A stretch of DNA of 64,000 bases from Candidatus Hermodarchaeota archaeon (lineage in GTDB: Archaea > Asgardarchaeota > Lokiarchaeia > Sigyniarchaeales > SOKP01), in contig JBHLLP010000008.1 of NCBI GenBank assembly GCA_048885525.1, positions 47,735-111,734 of the forward strand. The letters run 5' to 3'. Of this stretch, positions 47,275 to 57,863 are shown one piece after another. Position 1 is the first letter of the stretch, and every line of letters begins with the position of its first letter. The position numbers and the translations under genes are program-made. The notes under the pieces were generated by a model, which had not been told where the DNA came from, searched no databases, and saw nothing but the letters and a program-made list of their open reading frames with translations.

Positions 47275-48420
47275 TTACTTAAGTTTACAAATTTTTAGTT
47301 CATCATAATCTACAATAATTTTATATAAACCTTTCATTTTTTCATCCAATTCAGGATCTCTAGTATCTATCCGTAATATTTGATTAGCTATAGTTTGTAA
47401 TTTAAATTTAGTTGCAACTATAATTAAATCTTTTAAACTTATTGCCTTCAATACTTTTGGTGAGATTTGTAAGTTTCCCCTTCCAAAAAGAAATCCTTGT
47501 TGACCTATTAAGGATATGATAATTTTTACTTTTCTTTCTTCAAGAATTTTGAGAATTTGTTGTTCATTTAAATCTTGGGCAATAACCTTCTCATTAAGTA
47601 ATAGATCTATTCCCAAAAGCGTTTTTTTCTGATATAATTGGTCGGTAATTGCTTTAACCGTAGTTCCAGGACCTAATAAATAATAGATATCTTTCTCAAG
47701 AATTTCAATAATTCTTTTTGCTATTCTTTCTTGATTATCTAAATCTGAGGTAGGACTACCAATTTTTGAGGTTTGGTAAAATTCTGGAGTATAAGGGATT
47801 AGGAGATATCCATATAATTTTGAAATTAAATTTCCTTTTCTGTATTCATTTTCATTAATATCTAAGACTTCCGATTCTCTTAAGAAAATTTCACCACATA
47901 AAAACTGTATTATGATAGAGCTTGCTGCTTTAGGATTAATAGAAAAGACACTGGAAAAGATTTTAACTCCAGCAGGTATCCCGAGACAAGGTTTTTCATT
48001 ACCAACCACTTTTAAAATATCTCGAGCAGTACCATCACCACCTACAAAGATTATAAGTTTTAATTTTTTTGATTTCTTCATAATTTCCGCTGCTATTTCA
48101 GTATGGCGAGATGTTGTATCTAAAATATTTTTTATCCTTGAAAAAGCGGGATGTTTGACACAAACATATTCAAAATTCATCTCGTTTAAAATATTTTCAC
48201 CCATGCTTCCTGGACATGTGACAAATTTTAAGTTTGTTTTTATTGATTTCAGTTCATTTAATAAAGTTCTCGTACGATTGTTAGCAGTAGGTATTGCTCC
48301 AAGTTCAATAGCTTTCATTAATATTTTTCGTCCATCAGTACCTTTTAAACCAACAGACCCTCCCATTCCTGAGATGGGATTTATTATTAAACCAAAAATA
48401 GATTTATCGAATTCAACCAT
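47275..48420 (-). CDS. ATP-NAD kinase-like family protein
   Basis: INPISGMGGSVGLKGTDG, GGDGTARD, GIPAGVKIFS, GFLFGRGNLQIS. Confidence 0.9.
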   Translation of the reverse strand: MVEFDKSIFGLIINPISGMGGSVGLKGTDGRKILMKAIELGAIPTANNRTRTLLNELKSIKTNLKFVTCPGSMGENILNEMNFEYVCVKHPAFSRIKNILDTTSRHTEIAAEIMKKSKKLKLIIFVGGDGTARDILKVVGNEKPCLGIPAGVKIFSSVFSINPKAASSIIIQFLCGEIFLRESEVLDINENEYRKGNLISKLYGYLLIPYTPEFYQTSKIGSPTSDLDNQERIAKRIIEILEKDIYYLLGPGTTVKAITDQLYQKKTLLGIDLLLNEKVIAQDLNEQQILKILEERKVKIIISLIGQQGFLFGRGNLQISPKVLKAISLKDLIIVATKFKLQTIANQILRIDTRDPELDEKMKGLYKIIVDYDELKICKLK

Positions 48421-48488
48421 ATATTTCCAGAAAATAAAAAAAATAAAAAATAATTTAAAAACCTAGAAAGTAAAGATTTTGTTTTTTA

Positions 48489-48881
48489 TTAACCTACAAA
48501 TGAATTGTAAGCTCCTTCATCTAATAAGTTACCCTTTTCAGCATCCCAATTTGACGGTTCTATTTTGAATAGCCAGGCAGAAAAAGCATCTTCATTAATT
48601 CTTTCTGGTTCATCCATCAAATCTGAATTAACTTCAATAACTTTGCCACTTACAGGCGAATAAATATCACCAACGGCTTTACTTGATTCAACTGTACAAT
48701 CAATCGGATCACTTGAAGGTTCATCTCCATCCATTTTCACTTGTTCAAGTTCAGCACCTTCAAGTCCCTCAACATCAACAAAACTAATCTCTCCAAGCTG
48801 CTCTGCCGCGTATGGTGTAATTCCAACCATTTTTGAAGAATCATCAAACCATTGATGTGTTTTTGTAAACCATTTAGCCAT
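48489..48881 (-). CDS. gcvH: Glycine cleavage system H protein (lipoyl carrier)
   Basis: VGITPYAAEQLG, VESSKAV (lipoyl Lys), YSPVSG.V.EVN, WLFK. Confidence 0.93.
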   Translation of the reverse strand: MAKWFTKTHQWFDDSSKMVGITPYAAEQLGEISFVDVEGLEGAELEQVKMDGDEPSSDPIDCTVESSKAVGDIYSPVSGKVIEVNSDLMDEPERINEDAFSAWLFKIEPSNWDAEKGNLLDEGAYNSFVG

Positions 48882-49010
48882 TTTTAACTTACTCCTTTTT
48901 AATAAATTTATAAATTATAATAATATTGAATTAAATAGTATGTTTTTATTAATTAAGGTAATAATTTAAAATTTTATTATTGATTTTTCCAATAAAATAA
49001 TTTAAAAAAA

Positions 49011-49853
49011 ATGGATTCTAAGTTAAATACTCAAATGAACTTCTATACAGAGTTTAAAGATTGGTATACTCAAATAAAAGAAGATTTTAATTTTGATTAT
49101 CAAAAGGACTGCGAAGCTCGTGATTATCTTTCGCTAATTTTTTTGAAAAAAAATCAGAAATGGAATTTGAATAAAGTTTTAGAATTATTTAGAGATATGA
49201 TTTCAACAAAACCAGCAATTTTATTGTATGGATGTGGTCCTTCATTAGAAATAACTGTTAACATAATTTTGAAAGAAAAAGGGATTGATTTTTTTGAAAA
49301 TTTCATTAATTTAACTGCAGATGGTGCCTCAATCTTATTAAAGGAAAAAGGAATAAAAGTTAACGGAATCTTTACAGATTTAGACGGAATTACCAAGTCT
49401 GAGTTTCATTATGGAAATTTTAACATCGTTCATGCCCATGGTGATAATATCGATATGTTAAAATTCTTTGAAAATGATATCATTACATTCGAAAATGTAA
49501 TAGGAACAACCCAAGTAGAGCCAATTGAAAATTTAGTGAATCCAGGGGGATTTACTGATGGAGACAGAATCCTTTTTTTTTTACGTACTTTATTATCTTC
49601 AAATCACAGTGTATTCCTTATTGGAATGGATTTTGGAAGTATTATTGGAAAATATTCGAAATTAGACATAAAAAAAAGCCAAAAAGCAAATATAATAAAA
49701 CAAAAAAAACTCCTTTATGCCATGAAGTTAATAAAATGGATTAAAACGCAGATCAAAAATTCCATTTATTTCGTTAATTCAGAATTCATAGTTGAAGATT
49801 TTAGAAATCTAACAATTGAAGAATTTTTAAATCATTTCAAAACAAAAAGTTAA
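49011..49853 (+). CDS. mptE: 6-hydroxymethyl-7,8-dihydropterin pyrophosphokinase MptE
   Basis: G.GPSL, ADGA, TDLDG, VHAHGDN, GTTQ, GGFTDGDR, GMDF. Confidence 0.9.
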   Translation: MDSKLNTQMNFYTEFKDWYTQIKEDFNFDYQKDCEARDYLSLIFLKKNQKWNLNKVLELFRDMISTKPAILLYGCGPSLEITVNIILKEKGIDFFENFINLTADGASILLKEKGIKVNGIFTDLDGITKSEFHYGNFNIVHAHGDNIDMLKFFENDIITFENVIGTTQVEPIENLVNPGGFTDGDRILFFLRTLLSSNHSVFLIGMDFGSIIGKYSKLDIKKSQKANIIKQKKLLYAMKLIKWIKTQIKNSIYFVNSEFIVEDFRNLTIEEFLNHFKTKS

Positions 49854-50677
49854 ATTATATAATCTTGCACTCCTAAAGGTGTTATTTTGTACAGTATTCT
49901 TTTTTCAGGAAAATTCATAGAATTAACTAATTGAACATATCTTTTATCATGTTCTTTATAATCCAAAAACACATATTCAGAAAAGAAATGATTTAATAGG
50001 TAATTACCTACTGGGATTACTCTTAATAAGGATTCTTTAAATAAATTTGAAGTTACTTGAGCAGTTGCAATAGTGATTAATCCATATTTTATTGTAAGTT
50101 CACTAATTAAACTTAAAATTTTTAAAAAAATAAGTTTAGTTTTATCGATAGAGATTTCTTTATTTGCCACCTCAGAATTAAAATGGTTATTGATTGTGTC
50201 AATGATTAAAATATTAAAATCCTTTAATTCTAAAAGTCTTTCTAATTCTTTTAATGATAGAAGGAGAGCGGAATTACTCATAATTTTTGATACAAATATA
50301 TTTTTTAGTAAATTATTATATTCAACACCTTGGGTTAATGTTAGTTCTTTTAACCGTTCAGGGCGGAATGTATTTTCAGTATCAAAATAAAATATAAATT
50401 GATTATTCATTGTATTAGATTTCTTTAATAATCTATTTAATTGAATATAAGCTTGAACACATAATTGATGACATATTTGAGTTTTACCTGTTTTATTCGC
50501 TCCAAAAATCAAATACATTCGTCCTTGATAAAAACCACCTCCTAAAGTTTCATCAAAATTTTTAGCTCCTGAATGTAAAACAAATTTTAAATTTTTTAAA
50601 CCTTTATAATCCTTCAGAATTTTTTGTTTTTTAACAATTTGAAGTCTATCGATTTCTAGTAATTCAAAAATACTCAT
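49850..50677 (-). CDS. RadA/Rad51 paralog
   Basis: SGAKNFDETLGGG, GANKTGKTQICHQL, YFDTENTFRPERL, LIIDT. Confidence 0.88.
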   Translation of the reverse strand: MSIFELLEIDRLQIVKKQKILKDYKGLKNLKFVLHSGAKNFDETLGGGFYQGRMYLIFGANKTGKTQICHQLCVQAYIQLNRLLKKSNTMNNQFIFYFDTENTFRPERLKELTLTQGVEYNNLLKNIFVSKIMSNSALLLSLKELERLLELKDFNILIIDTINNHFNSEVANKEISIDKTKLIFLKILSLISELTIKYGLITIATAQVTSNLFKESLLRVIPVGNYLLNHFFSEYVFLDYKEHDKRYVQLVNSMNFPEKRILYKITPLGVQDYII

Positions 50678-50861
50678 AATAATTAATTAATGAACTTTTT
50701 AGTTTAAATACAATTAGAAATTATTAATTTAAAATAAGCTAATATATTATTTTAAATCTGAAGAAAAACAAAAAATTAATTTTAAAATATTCATAATCAT
50801 AATATCATATCGTTTTTAATTTTAAATTTTTTTTTCAAAATTACTAAAATAGACTATTATA

Positions 50862-51473
50862 ATGGCAAAAAAAAAAAAAGAAGTATGTCCTTATTGTGGT
50901 AAAAGTTTTGCTTATCTATCTCGTCATAAGTGTAAGATAAAGGAACGAGTTGAAGGTCCTATAGAAGAAAAATCTGATGTTGAGAGAAGGATTGAAAGGA
51001 TAGAAGAAAAAAGAAAAGAATTCAAACGAACCTTAAGAAAGGATGAAAAAGCAATTCTAAATATCATAAACCGAGAAAGGGATATACTCTTTGATAGACT
51101 TTTGGAGCTTAGTAATAAGGTGAGAAATGAATTAGAAGAAATTTTAGAATTATTGGTACTCCAGTCAAAAATAAAAATGACTCGAGAATTAGTAAATGCC
51201 TCTTGGACTAAACACATCTATGCTCTTGAAGAAATTGATGTGAGAGTAAAAGATCTAAAAATTGATAAAGACAGAAAAGATTTTATTTGGAATATGTTTT
51301 CCAGACAACCATGTTTTATTTGCCCTTTTCGAGATAAGTGTAATGAAACTAATTTAGATCAATTTAACCCACAACATTGCCCTTGGTTAACTGATTGGAT
51401 TGAAGTAGCATCGAAGGGTGAGGAATATGATATTAATTTTGATGAAATAGAGACACGCTTGCAAAACATTTAA
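50862..51473 (+). CDS. RPC34/TFE-beta-like protein (wHTH + Fe-S cluster motif) with extra N-terminal Zn finger
   Basis: C-terminal PCFICP...C...P..CPWLTDW matches the RPC34/TFEbeta Cys motif; N-terminal CPYC...HKC. Confidence 0.75.
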   Translation: MAKKKKEVCPYCGKSFAYLSRHKCKIKERVEGPIEEKSDVERRIERIEEKRKEFKRTLRKDEKAILNIINRERDILFDRLLELSNKVRNELEEILELLVLQSKIKMTRELVNASWTKHIYALEEIDVRVKDLKIDKDRKDFIWNMFSRQPCFICPFRDKCNETNLDQFNPQHCPWLTDWIEVASKGEEYDINFDEIETRLQNI

Positions 51474-52109
51474 TTATTTTTTTTGTAAACCAATTAGATA
51501 AATTTCATTACTTTTTTTTTTAGATGATTTTGGTTTATAGGATTTTAAAAATCTAAATGCTGAATCCATTTCTCTATAAAATTTATTGAAATCAGAACCT
51601 TGGAAAACCTTTATCACTAAATTACCTTTATATTTTATTGTTTTTTTTGCTAAAGCTAATACTTTATAGCATAAATTTAATTGTCTTAATTGATCTGTAA
51701 ATTTATTACCTGTCTTCTTTATAGAGGCATCTGATAAAATTAAATCCAATTCACTCTGAAAGAAAAAATCAATGTATTCTAGCATTTCTGACTTAGTTAT
51801 ATCTGCTTTTATTATATTTATACTTTCAATGGGAGATATTTTCTTGATATCAACACCCATTATTTTATAATGATCTCGATGATAATACTGATCTCTATAT
51901 TTATTTAAGTTTTCTTCAGCATATTGTTTTGCTACTTGTAACCATGAACCAGGAGCGCTTCCTAAATCTAATATAAAAAAAGCCCTTTTAAAAATGTTAA
52001 ATCTCTCTTGGATTTCTAATAACTTATAGGCAGATCGTGCACGGTATCCTTCTTTTTTGGCTTGCTTGTAAAATTTTTCTTTTTTATGAAGCTCTCTGTT
52101 GTTTACCAT
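51474..52109 (-). CDS. rlmE: 23S rRNA 2'-O-methyltransferase RlmE/FtsJ
   Basis: AKKEGYRARSAYKL, DLGSAPGSW, ILSD, KVFQG, KPKSS...S.EIY. Confidence 0.93.
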   Translation of the reverse strand: MVNNRELHKKEKFYKQAKKEGYRARSAYKLLEIQERFNIFKRAFFILDLGSAPGSWLQVAKQYAEENLNKYRDQYYHRDHYKIMGVDIKKISPIESINIIKADITKSEMLEYIDFFFQSELDLILSDASIKKTGNKFTDQLRQLNLCYKVLALAKKTIKYKGNLVIKVFQGSDFNKFYREMDSAFRFLKSYKPKSSKKKSNEIYLIGLQKK

Positions 52110-52124
52110 TATAAATCTAATAAT

Positions 52125-53342
52125 TTACTTTTGTATTTCGATTAGAATTTTTTTCAATGAGAATAAATCCAAATCAGTCTTAATAGACAAAAAGTCAAAA
52201 TGAGTTCTAGAACATTGAAATCTCATTTCTTTAATCACATTAATAATATCTTGAATTTTGGGAACGGATGTAAGTTTTAAATATTGGCAAAGTTTATGAA
52301 TGTTATAATAAGAAATAGGAAGATCAATCTCTTCAACAGCAAAAGTTAAAAGTTTTTCTATCCTTTTTCTTTTTGGAGATTTGGAGTTGTTATTTAAACC
52401 TAACATTTTATTAACAAAATCAATATTATGAATTTTATCCACCCATAAAGGACCTGCATAATCAAGATCTTCTTTTTTATCACATTCGGGACATACTTCT
52501 GGTAAAATTAATATATTGTTTCTAAAAGACGAGCGATAACCACAATTTTTACAATGTATAACATATCCATACTTTTTTGATGAGTTTGATATCCTATTTT
52601 TATTTTTGAATGACAAACAGAAAAGTCTGATAAAATGCCCGGAGTAGAAAGTTAAAAGTGGAATTATTCCTATGTTATTTATATTTGCTATTCGAGAAAC
52701 GAAATATATTAAAATTCTTCCACCAATTTCTTTACAATATTCATTATGAAGTGGTTTTGATAAATATTTCCTAAAACACGCCTTAGGTCGTACTCCAAAC
52801 AAAACAGCGGTGTCTGTGGCAGTGACACACATTAAACCATTTACTTTGTGTATTGCCTTAAACGCAGAGTCTAAGTAAAGATTTGGGGTACCAAAAGGAT
52901 CAATTGAGATTACATTTGGTTTTTTCTGTTTTTTACATGCATTAGAGGCAATTTCTAAAAAAAGCAGATTCGCATCTTTATTAGTTACTTCTATTTGAGG
53001 TGTTTTTTTATCTAATTTATTTAATCTGAGATTTTTTTTAATCAATATAACTGCTTTAGGATTTATATCATTAATAAATATTTTGTTTACTTTTGAACAC
53101 TCTGTTAGCATTCTAATAGAACTTAATCCTGATGCTGCCATAGAATCAACAATTATTAACTGATCTTGCTTAAATAAATCCCTATAAGCATTAATAGCTA
53201 AGGTTGAGATATCACGATTAATCTCCATTCTTTTATTATAAAAAACATTCATTGACTTCGAAGGAACCAAATCTTTATCAACATTATGGATAAAAAATTC
53301 AACTGAGCCTTCTTTAATTAAAGTTAGATCATTTTTTCCCAT
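52125..53342 (-). CDS. trm1: tRNA (guanine26-N2)-dimethyltransferase
   Basis: VFYN.RME.NRD, DPFGTP, VTATDTA, E.GGRIL, GPLW, SRTHF. Confidence 0.94.
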   Translation of the reverse strand: MGKNDLTLIKEGSVEFFIHNVDKDLVPSKSMNVFYNKRMEINRDISTLAINAYRDLFKQDQLIIVDSMAASGLSSIRMLTECSKVNKIFINDINPKAVILIKKNLRLNKLDKKTPQIEVTNKDANLLFLEIASNACKKQKKPNVISIDPFGTPNLYLDSAFKAIHKVNGLMCVTATDTAVLFGVRPKACFRKYLSKPLHNEYCKEIGGRILIYFVSRIANINNIGIIPLLTFYSGHFIRLFCLSFKNKNRISNSSKKYGYVIHCKNCGYRSSFRNNILILPEVCPECDKKEDLDYAGPLWVDKIHNIDFVNKMLGLNNNSKSPKRKRIEKLLTFAVEEIDLPISYYNIHKLCQYLKLTSVPKIQDIINVIKEMRFQCSRTHFDFLSIKTDLDLFSLKKILIEIQK

Positions 53343-53439
53343 TATTCTATATTAAATAAAGCTAAAGATAAGATTAAATTTTGTATAGTTTTTAATATAA
53401 TCAATACCAAATTTAACTCTTTTAATACTATAATGGGAA

Positions 53440-53560
53440 TATTTTTTATATTTTTTCTCGTTTGTGGCATTTATAGCTGTTTGCATCACAGATATTGTTT
53501 ATCTAATATTCAAAATCACCCCAAACTGAAAAAATACCTAAAAAGTCATTAATATATCCC
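53440..53560 (-). pseudogene. Degenerate duplicate of the 5' part of the adjacent radB-like gene
   Basis: Identical blocks ATTTATAGCTGTTTGCA (53469/54158), CAAAATCACCCCAAA (53511/54199) and GAAAAAATACCT; 1-nt offset change and a stop destroy Walker A. Confidence 0.7.
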
Positions 53561-53593
53561 AAAAAACGCAAAATGTGTTAGTTGATTGAAATA

Positions 53594-54283
53594 CTAAATA
53601 AATCCAATTTCTTTTAGATCTGAAATAAATTCAGATTTACAGTTTTTAGAAGTATTAATAAGAATAAATTTCCGTTGGTTTAAATTTTTAGTTCTGATAA
53701 TTTTTATATTATAATTTACCCAAAATTCCATAATTTTATCACCACTTTGAACTTCTATGAGTTGCCCTTTAGATATTTTTCTACTTATTTCATTTACTAT
53801 TATAATTTGAATGTTATAAGTCTCATTCAAATAAGCCAAATTAGCTAGTATTTGATTTAACATATAATTTAGATTATAATTCTTTTCTTTCTTCTCTTGG
53901 TTTAATTCTAAACGGTATAAATCTGTAATTGAATCAATAATTATTAATTTTAATTTATCTTCATTATTGGTTAAGTTATTTAAAATTAAGAATTCTAAAT
54001 TAAAAATAATCTTGTTTAAATTCTCAAAATTCGTTGGTTTTATAATTGTGATACCATCAAGAACATCTTCTGGGTTTTTAGAGAGTTTAATGATTTTTTC
54101 ATAAGGTAAATTGGGTTTAGTATAAATATATATAACTTTTTTGTTATCTTCAGAGGTATTTATAGCTGTTTGCAACGCAAGAGTAGTTTTTCCTACCCCA
54201 AAATCACCCCAAATAGAAAAAATACCTTGTAATAGATCGATTGAATCGAAAAACTGATTTAATTCTAAGATAGGAAATTTCAT
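53594..54283 (-). CDS. radB: RadB-like RecA-family ATPase
   Basis: WGDFGVGKTTLALQ, LIIIDSITDLYR, IIIVNE; lacks the RadA N-terminal domain. Confidence 0.75.
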   Translation of the reverse strand: MKFPILELNQFFDSIDLLQGIFSIWGDFGVGKTTLALQTAINTSEDNKKVIYIYTKPNLPYEKIIKLSKNPEDVLDGITIIKPTNFENLNKIIFNLEFLILNNLTNNEDKLKLIIIDSITDLYRLELNQEKKEKNYNLNYMLNQILANLAYLNETYNIQIIIVNEISRKISKGQLIEVQSGDKIMEFWVNYNIKIIRTKNLNQRKFILINTSKNCKSEFISDLKEIGFI

Positions 54284-54327
54284 TTAATTAAAAATTATTA
54301 ATTTTATCTAATATTTATAATTATAAT

Positions 54328-55170
54328 TTGAGAAATAAAATTTTATATATTAGCACAGAAAATTTAAATTTTTTCTATAGAACAAACAAGGAACTTTCTC
54401 GATTAAATATCAAGTTTGAGATTTTAAATGTAAGAGATAAAGTTCCAAATTTACCTTGTTTAATACTAACAACTTCTGAGGAGATCCATAGATTTGGGAA
54501 TTCTTATAAAAAAGCAAAAATTATCTCGTATTCTTATGAGGAAAATTTTCAACATTATATATTAAAAGTATTAGCCGCATTTAAAATAGGGTACAAAGAT
54601 TTTTATTCAGAATTAATGTTTTCTATAGATCCTGGTTCTAAACAAATTGGAATCGCGATATTTTTAGAGGATTTGTTTTTAATCTCTCATACATTATATG
54701 ATAAAGACAAATTCCTTGAATTTATTAATGATAAAATAAATTGCTTCCAACAAAGCAATCCTAATCTCATAAATCTTATATTTAAATTTGGAAGCGGCGT
54801 TCTAACATTGACAATCGAGCTTTTAAGGAGGATTTTTAATACTTTTGGTGGTCAAAAGAATTTAAAAGTATATTTAATTGATGAATCTAAATCTTCAAAA
54901 ACAAAAATTAAAGATAAAAATAGGAGAATAAGGACCAAGCATGAACTCTCAGCATTGATTTTATCTCTCAGAAAAGGTATTGAAGTAAAAGAAACCAATT
55001 ATTTAAAAATTTTTAAACAATTTAAATTGAAAGATTCGAATTATATTAAGGAGAATAACAGATTTCTAAAAGAATTCAATGATGAGATTTCAAATTTTCA
55101 AGAATTAATAGATAAAATATTAAATAATGAAATTTCTATTAGGAAATCTTATGAAATTCTTCATAAATAA
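54328..55170 (+). CDS. Hypothetical protein with RNase H-like (YqgF/RuvC-type) domain
   Basis: FSIDPGSKQIGIAIF, KFGSG, LIDESKSS, HELSALIL. Confidence 0.65.
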   Translation: MRNKILYISTENLNFFYRTNKELSRLNIKFEILNVRDKVPNLPCLILTTSEEIHRFGNSYKKAKIISYSYEENFQHYILKVLAAFKIGYKDFYSELMFSIDPGSKQIGIAIFLEDLFLISHTLYDKDKFLEFINDKINCFQQSNPNLINLIFKFGSGVLTLTIELLRRIFNTFGGQKNLKVYLIDESKSSKTKIKDKNRRIRTKHELSALILSLRKGIEVKETNYLKIFKQFKLKDSNYIKENNRFLKEFNDEISNFQELIDKILNNEISIRKSYEILHK

Positions 55171-55263
55171 TAAATGTTTAAGTCAAATTACTAATTTTTT
55201 TTAACTTTGTAAATACTTTAAATGATGAATGCAATAATCATTTGAAATAACTTTGGGAAATTA

Positions 55264-56049
55264 ATGAAAGAAAGAATAGATATTTTATTAGTAGAAAAAA
55301 AGTTGGCTCAAAGTAGATCCAAGGCACAATGGCTTATAGAAAAGGGTTATGTATTCGTAGAAGGAAAACAACTAATGAAACCTAGTAAAAAAATTGATTT
55401 TTCTCTTGAAATCCAAGTGTTAAAAGATTTCCCTTACGTTGGGCGTGGTGGATTGAAATTAGAAGCTATTTTAAAAGACTTTTCAATTTCAGTAGAAGGG
55501 AAGATTTGTGCTGATATTGGAGCTTCTATAGGAGGATTTACAGATTGCTTAATAAAAAATGGAGCTTCTAAAGTATATGCAATTGATATTGCTACTGATT
55601 TTCTTCATTCTTCATTAAGAAGTCGAAAGATGATAGAAAAAGTTATTCCTATATTAGGTGTTGATGCTCGTCAAGTAATACCTATTGAAGAGAAAATTGA
55701 TATTTGTACTATTGATATAAATTTTGCTTCGCTAAGAACAATTTTGCCAAATGTAAAAAAAATCGTTAAAAAAAGAGGAGATATAATAGCTTTAGTAAAA
55801 CCTATTTTTGAGACGGAATTTTACGATAAATCAAAGTTCAAAATTATACAAAATCCAAATCGATTATTTGAAATTCTTTCTGATCTAATTAAATGGTGTA
55901 CAGAAAATCAATTTTTTCTACGTAAAATCGATAAATCTCCAATATTAGGCAAGGAAGGTTCTATTGAATTTTTTATTTATTTAAAGTTAGAACCTTTTAA
56001 TTTAGATCGCAATTATATTACAATAATAAAAGATATTTTACAATTATAA
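55264..56049 (+). CDS. tlyA: TlyA family rRNA methyltransferase (S4 + FtsJ)
   Basis: RID.LLV, SRSKA, YVGRGGLKL, DIGAS.GGFTD, LVKP.FE, SPI.G.EG. Confidence 0.93.
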   Translation: MKERIDILLVEKKLAQSRSKAQWLIEKGYVFVEGKQLMKPSKKIDFSLEIQVLKDFPYVGRGGLKLEAILKDFSISVEGKICADIGASIGGFTDCLIKNGASKVYAIDIATDFLHSSLRSRKMIEKVIPILGVDARQVIPIEEKIDICTIDINFASLRTILPNVKKIVKKRGDIIALVKPIFETEFYDKSKFKIIQNPNRLFEILSDLIKWCTENQFFLRKIDKSPILGKEGSIEFFIYLKLEPFNLDRNYITIIKDILQL

Positions 56050-56089
56050 TACTTCATATACTATTCAATTAATTTATAAAGGAAAGGAT

Positions 56090-57265
56090 TTATTTTTTAG
56101 GATAATTTAAAAAAATTTTACCCCATTCTGATTGAAAGAATTTTCTAATTCTTCGTTTTCCAATAGTAGGATACCATAGCATATCATGAAAAATCATTGA
56201 AGCATAAGTAGGACCTAAAAAGAAAAGTTCACTTTTAAACAGAGGGTAAAGAAATTGTAAAGGCCCTTTTCTTACCATTTGATCACCCCAAATGACTAAA
56301 CTTCGTTTAACCTTGAAATTCCAATTTATTTTGAATACATTTTCACCAATAATTTCAATTTGGTTGTAATCTCCACATCCTAAACCTTCTTCATGAGCCA
56401 TTCTTATTGCTGGTAATTCCAAAGGTTCAAATCCCATCATTTTAGCAACAATAGTATCAACAGCAACTTGATCATACCCAGCAAGAATCATATTTTTAAT
56501 CCGAGGTATCATTGTTCTAGGACCTGCTCCATCACCACACACCGTACCATCCACAATTGCTAATATATTTGGATGAATTTGTTTTTGAATAATAAGTAGA
56601 TCTACTAATACTTCCGACATGTATTGATGTGAAAAATGTCTTCTTTTAGTTAAAAGCCCACCAAATGCATTCTTCATAGCACATGTTATACCACCATGTT
56701 TCAATTCTCCGCTTGTTTTTTTCAAAGATCCACCAATAGCTCCGGTATGACCATGAGTTTTCATCGTAGGAAGATGTATTATCGATTTTCCAATATAAAA
56801 CTTTGGAATTAGAAAACCTTCTGGAAATATTTTCGAATCTAATGCATGTAACTTTTTGTTTTTCAGAGTTAGAAATTTTGATCTTAAAGAGTCATATGGT
56901 ATAAATGGTATACGAGTTAGTGGTATGAACCAAGTGCCATATTTTTTAATAATTGGATTCCACTTGTTTCCTTTTAAGCCTTTTTCTATATTAGTAACAA
57001 CAGTTCTATTTTCAGCAGTGAAGATTTTTTTCGGATCATAACCATCATTTATCATCGTTTTTAATACTCCTTCAAGTTGCCATGGAGGACTGGAGCATGC
57101 GGGGAAGAATTTTGACCAACTAAGATTAAGTTTAAGTATTATTTTTTGATTTTTTTTGTAATATTTATCATACTCCGTCATTTTCATTAATTTAGAATAA
57201 TCCTCTAAAACCGTGTTAGGAGTTGTTTTGATAACAAATACTTGAGATTTCTCTGACATAATCAT
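56090..57265 (-). CDS. DUF362 family protein
   Basis: LKLNLSW, PWQLEGV, HLPTMKTH, AMKNAFGGL, DQVAVD. Confidence 0.85.
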   Translation of the reverse strand: MIMSEKSQVFVIKTTPNTVLEDYSKLMKMTEYDKYYKKNQKIILKLNLSWSKFFPACSSPPWQLEGVLKTMINDGYDPKKIFTAENRTVVTNIEKGLKGNKWNPIIKKYGTWFIPLTRIPFIPYDSLRSKFLTLKNKKLHALDSKIFPEGFLIPKFYIGKSIIHLPTMKTHGHTGAIGGSLKKTSGELKHGGITCAMKNAFGGLLTKRRHFSHQYMSEVLVDLLIIQKQIHPNILAIVDGTVCGDGAGPRTMIPRIKNMILAGYDQVAVDTIVAKMMGFEPLELPAIRMAHEEGLGCGDYNQIEIIGENVFKINWNFKVKRSLVIWGDQMVRKGPLQFLYPLFKSELFFLGPTYASMIFHDMLWYPTIGKRRIRKFFQSEWGKIFLNYPKK

Positions 57266-57346
57266 TTATTTCTTGTTTTAAACCTTAGATTTATTTTTTA
57301 AAATTCAATTTATTTTTAAGTTAAATAAATATAACTATTATACTTA

Positions 57347-57670
57347 TTACCATCTCAAAATGACATCTATTACTATATAAATATTATAGAGATAATAAAG
57401 AACTGAGACGACAACCATAACCTTAATATACCACTTGACAGTTTTTTCCTCGGTTAAATCTTTTCTAAAATAATAAAAACTTCGAACCATTGCCGCTAAA
57501 GCTACTGACGTGATAATCAATGCATATAAGAAAAAAATATATTCCCATATTTTAAATAATAATATAAAAGAAATTTCTAAATAAACAAAAAATTTCCATA
57601 TAGATATATATATAATAAATATAGCTGAAAATAAAAATATAAAACCCCATAACAATTCTCTGTTTTTCAT
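57347..57670 (-). CDS. Hypothetical membrane protein (3 TM)
   Basis: Hydrophobic ORF, ATG start, AAGGA upstream. Confidence 0.6.
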   Translation of the reverse strand: MKNRELLWGFIFLFSAIFIIYISIWKFFVYLEISFILLFKIWEYIFFLYALIITSVALAAMVRSFYYFRKDLTEEKTVKWYIKVMVVVSVLYYLYNIYIVIDVILRW

Positions 57671-57863
57671 TTTCCTTAAAAAACATATTTTTTAATTGTA
57701 GCTTTATAAGTAAGTGTTCCATAATTAAAAATGTTTAAGATTTAATATGTAATATTTCAATGTCTTTTGAAATGATGGAATGCGTATTCTTTTCTAATCT
57801 AAAAATTATTTCGAGTAGAAAAAAAAATTTATAAAATAAAATTTTAAAAAATTATTCATTAAA

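Noticed and set aside
53433-53552. Plus-strand small ORF MGIFFIFFLVCGIYSCLHHR...
   Set aside because: Better explained as the antisense of the decayed radB duplicate
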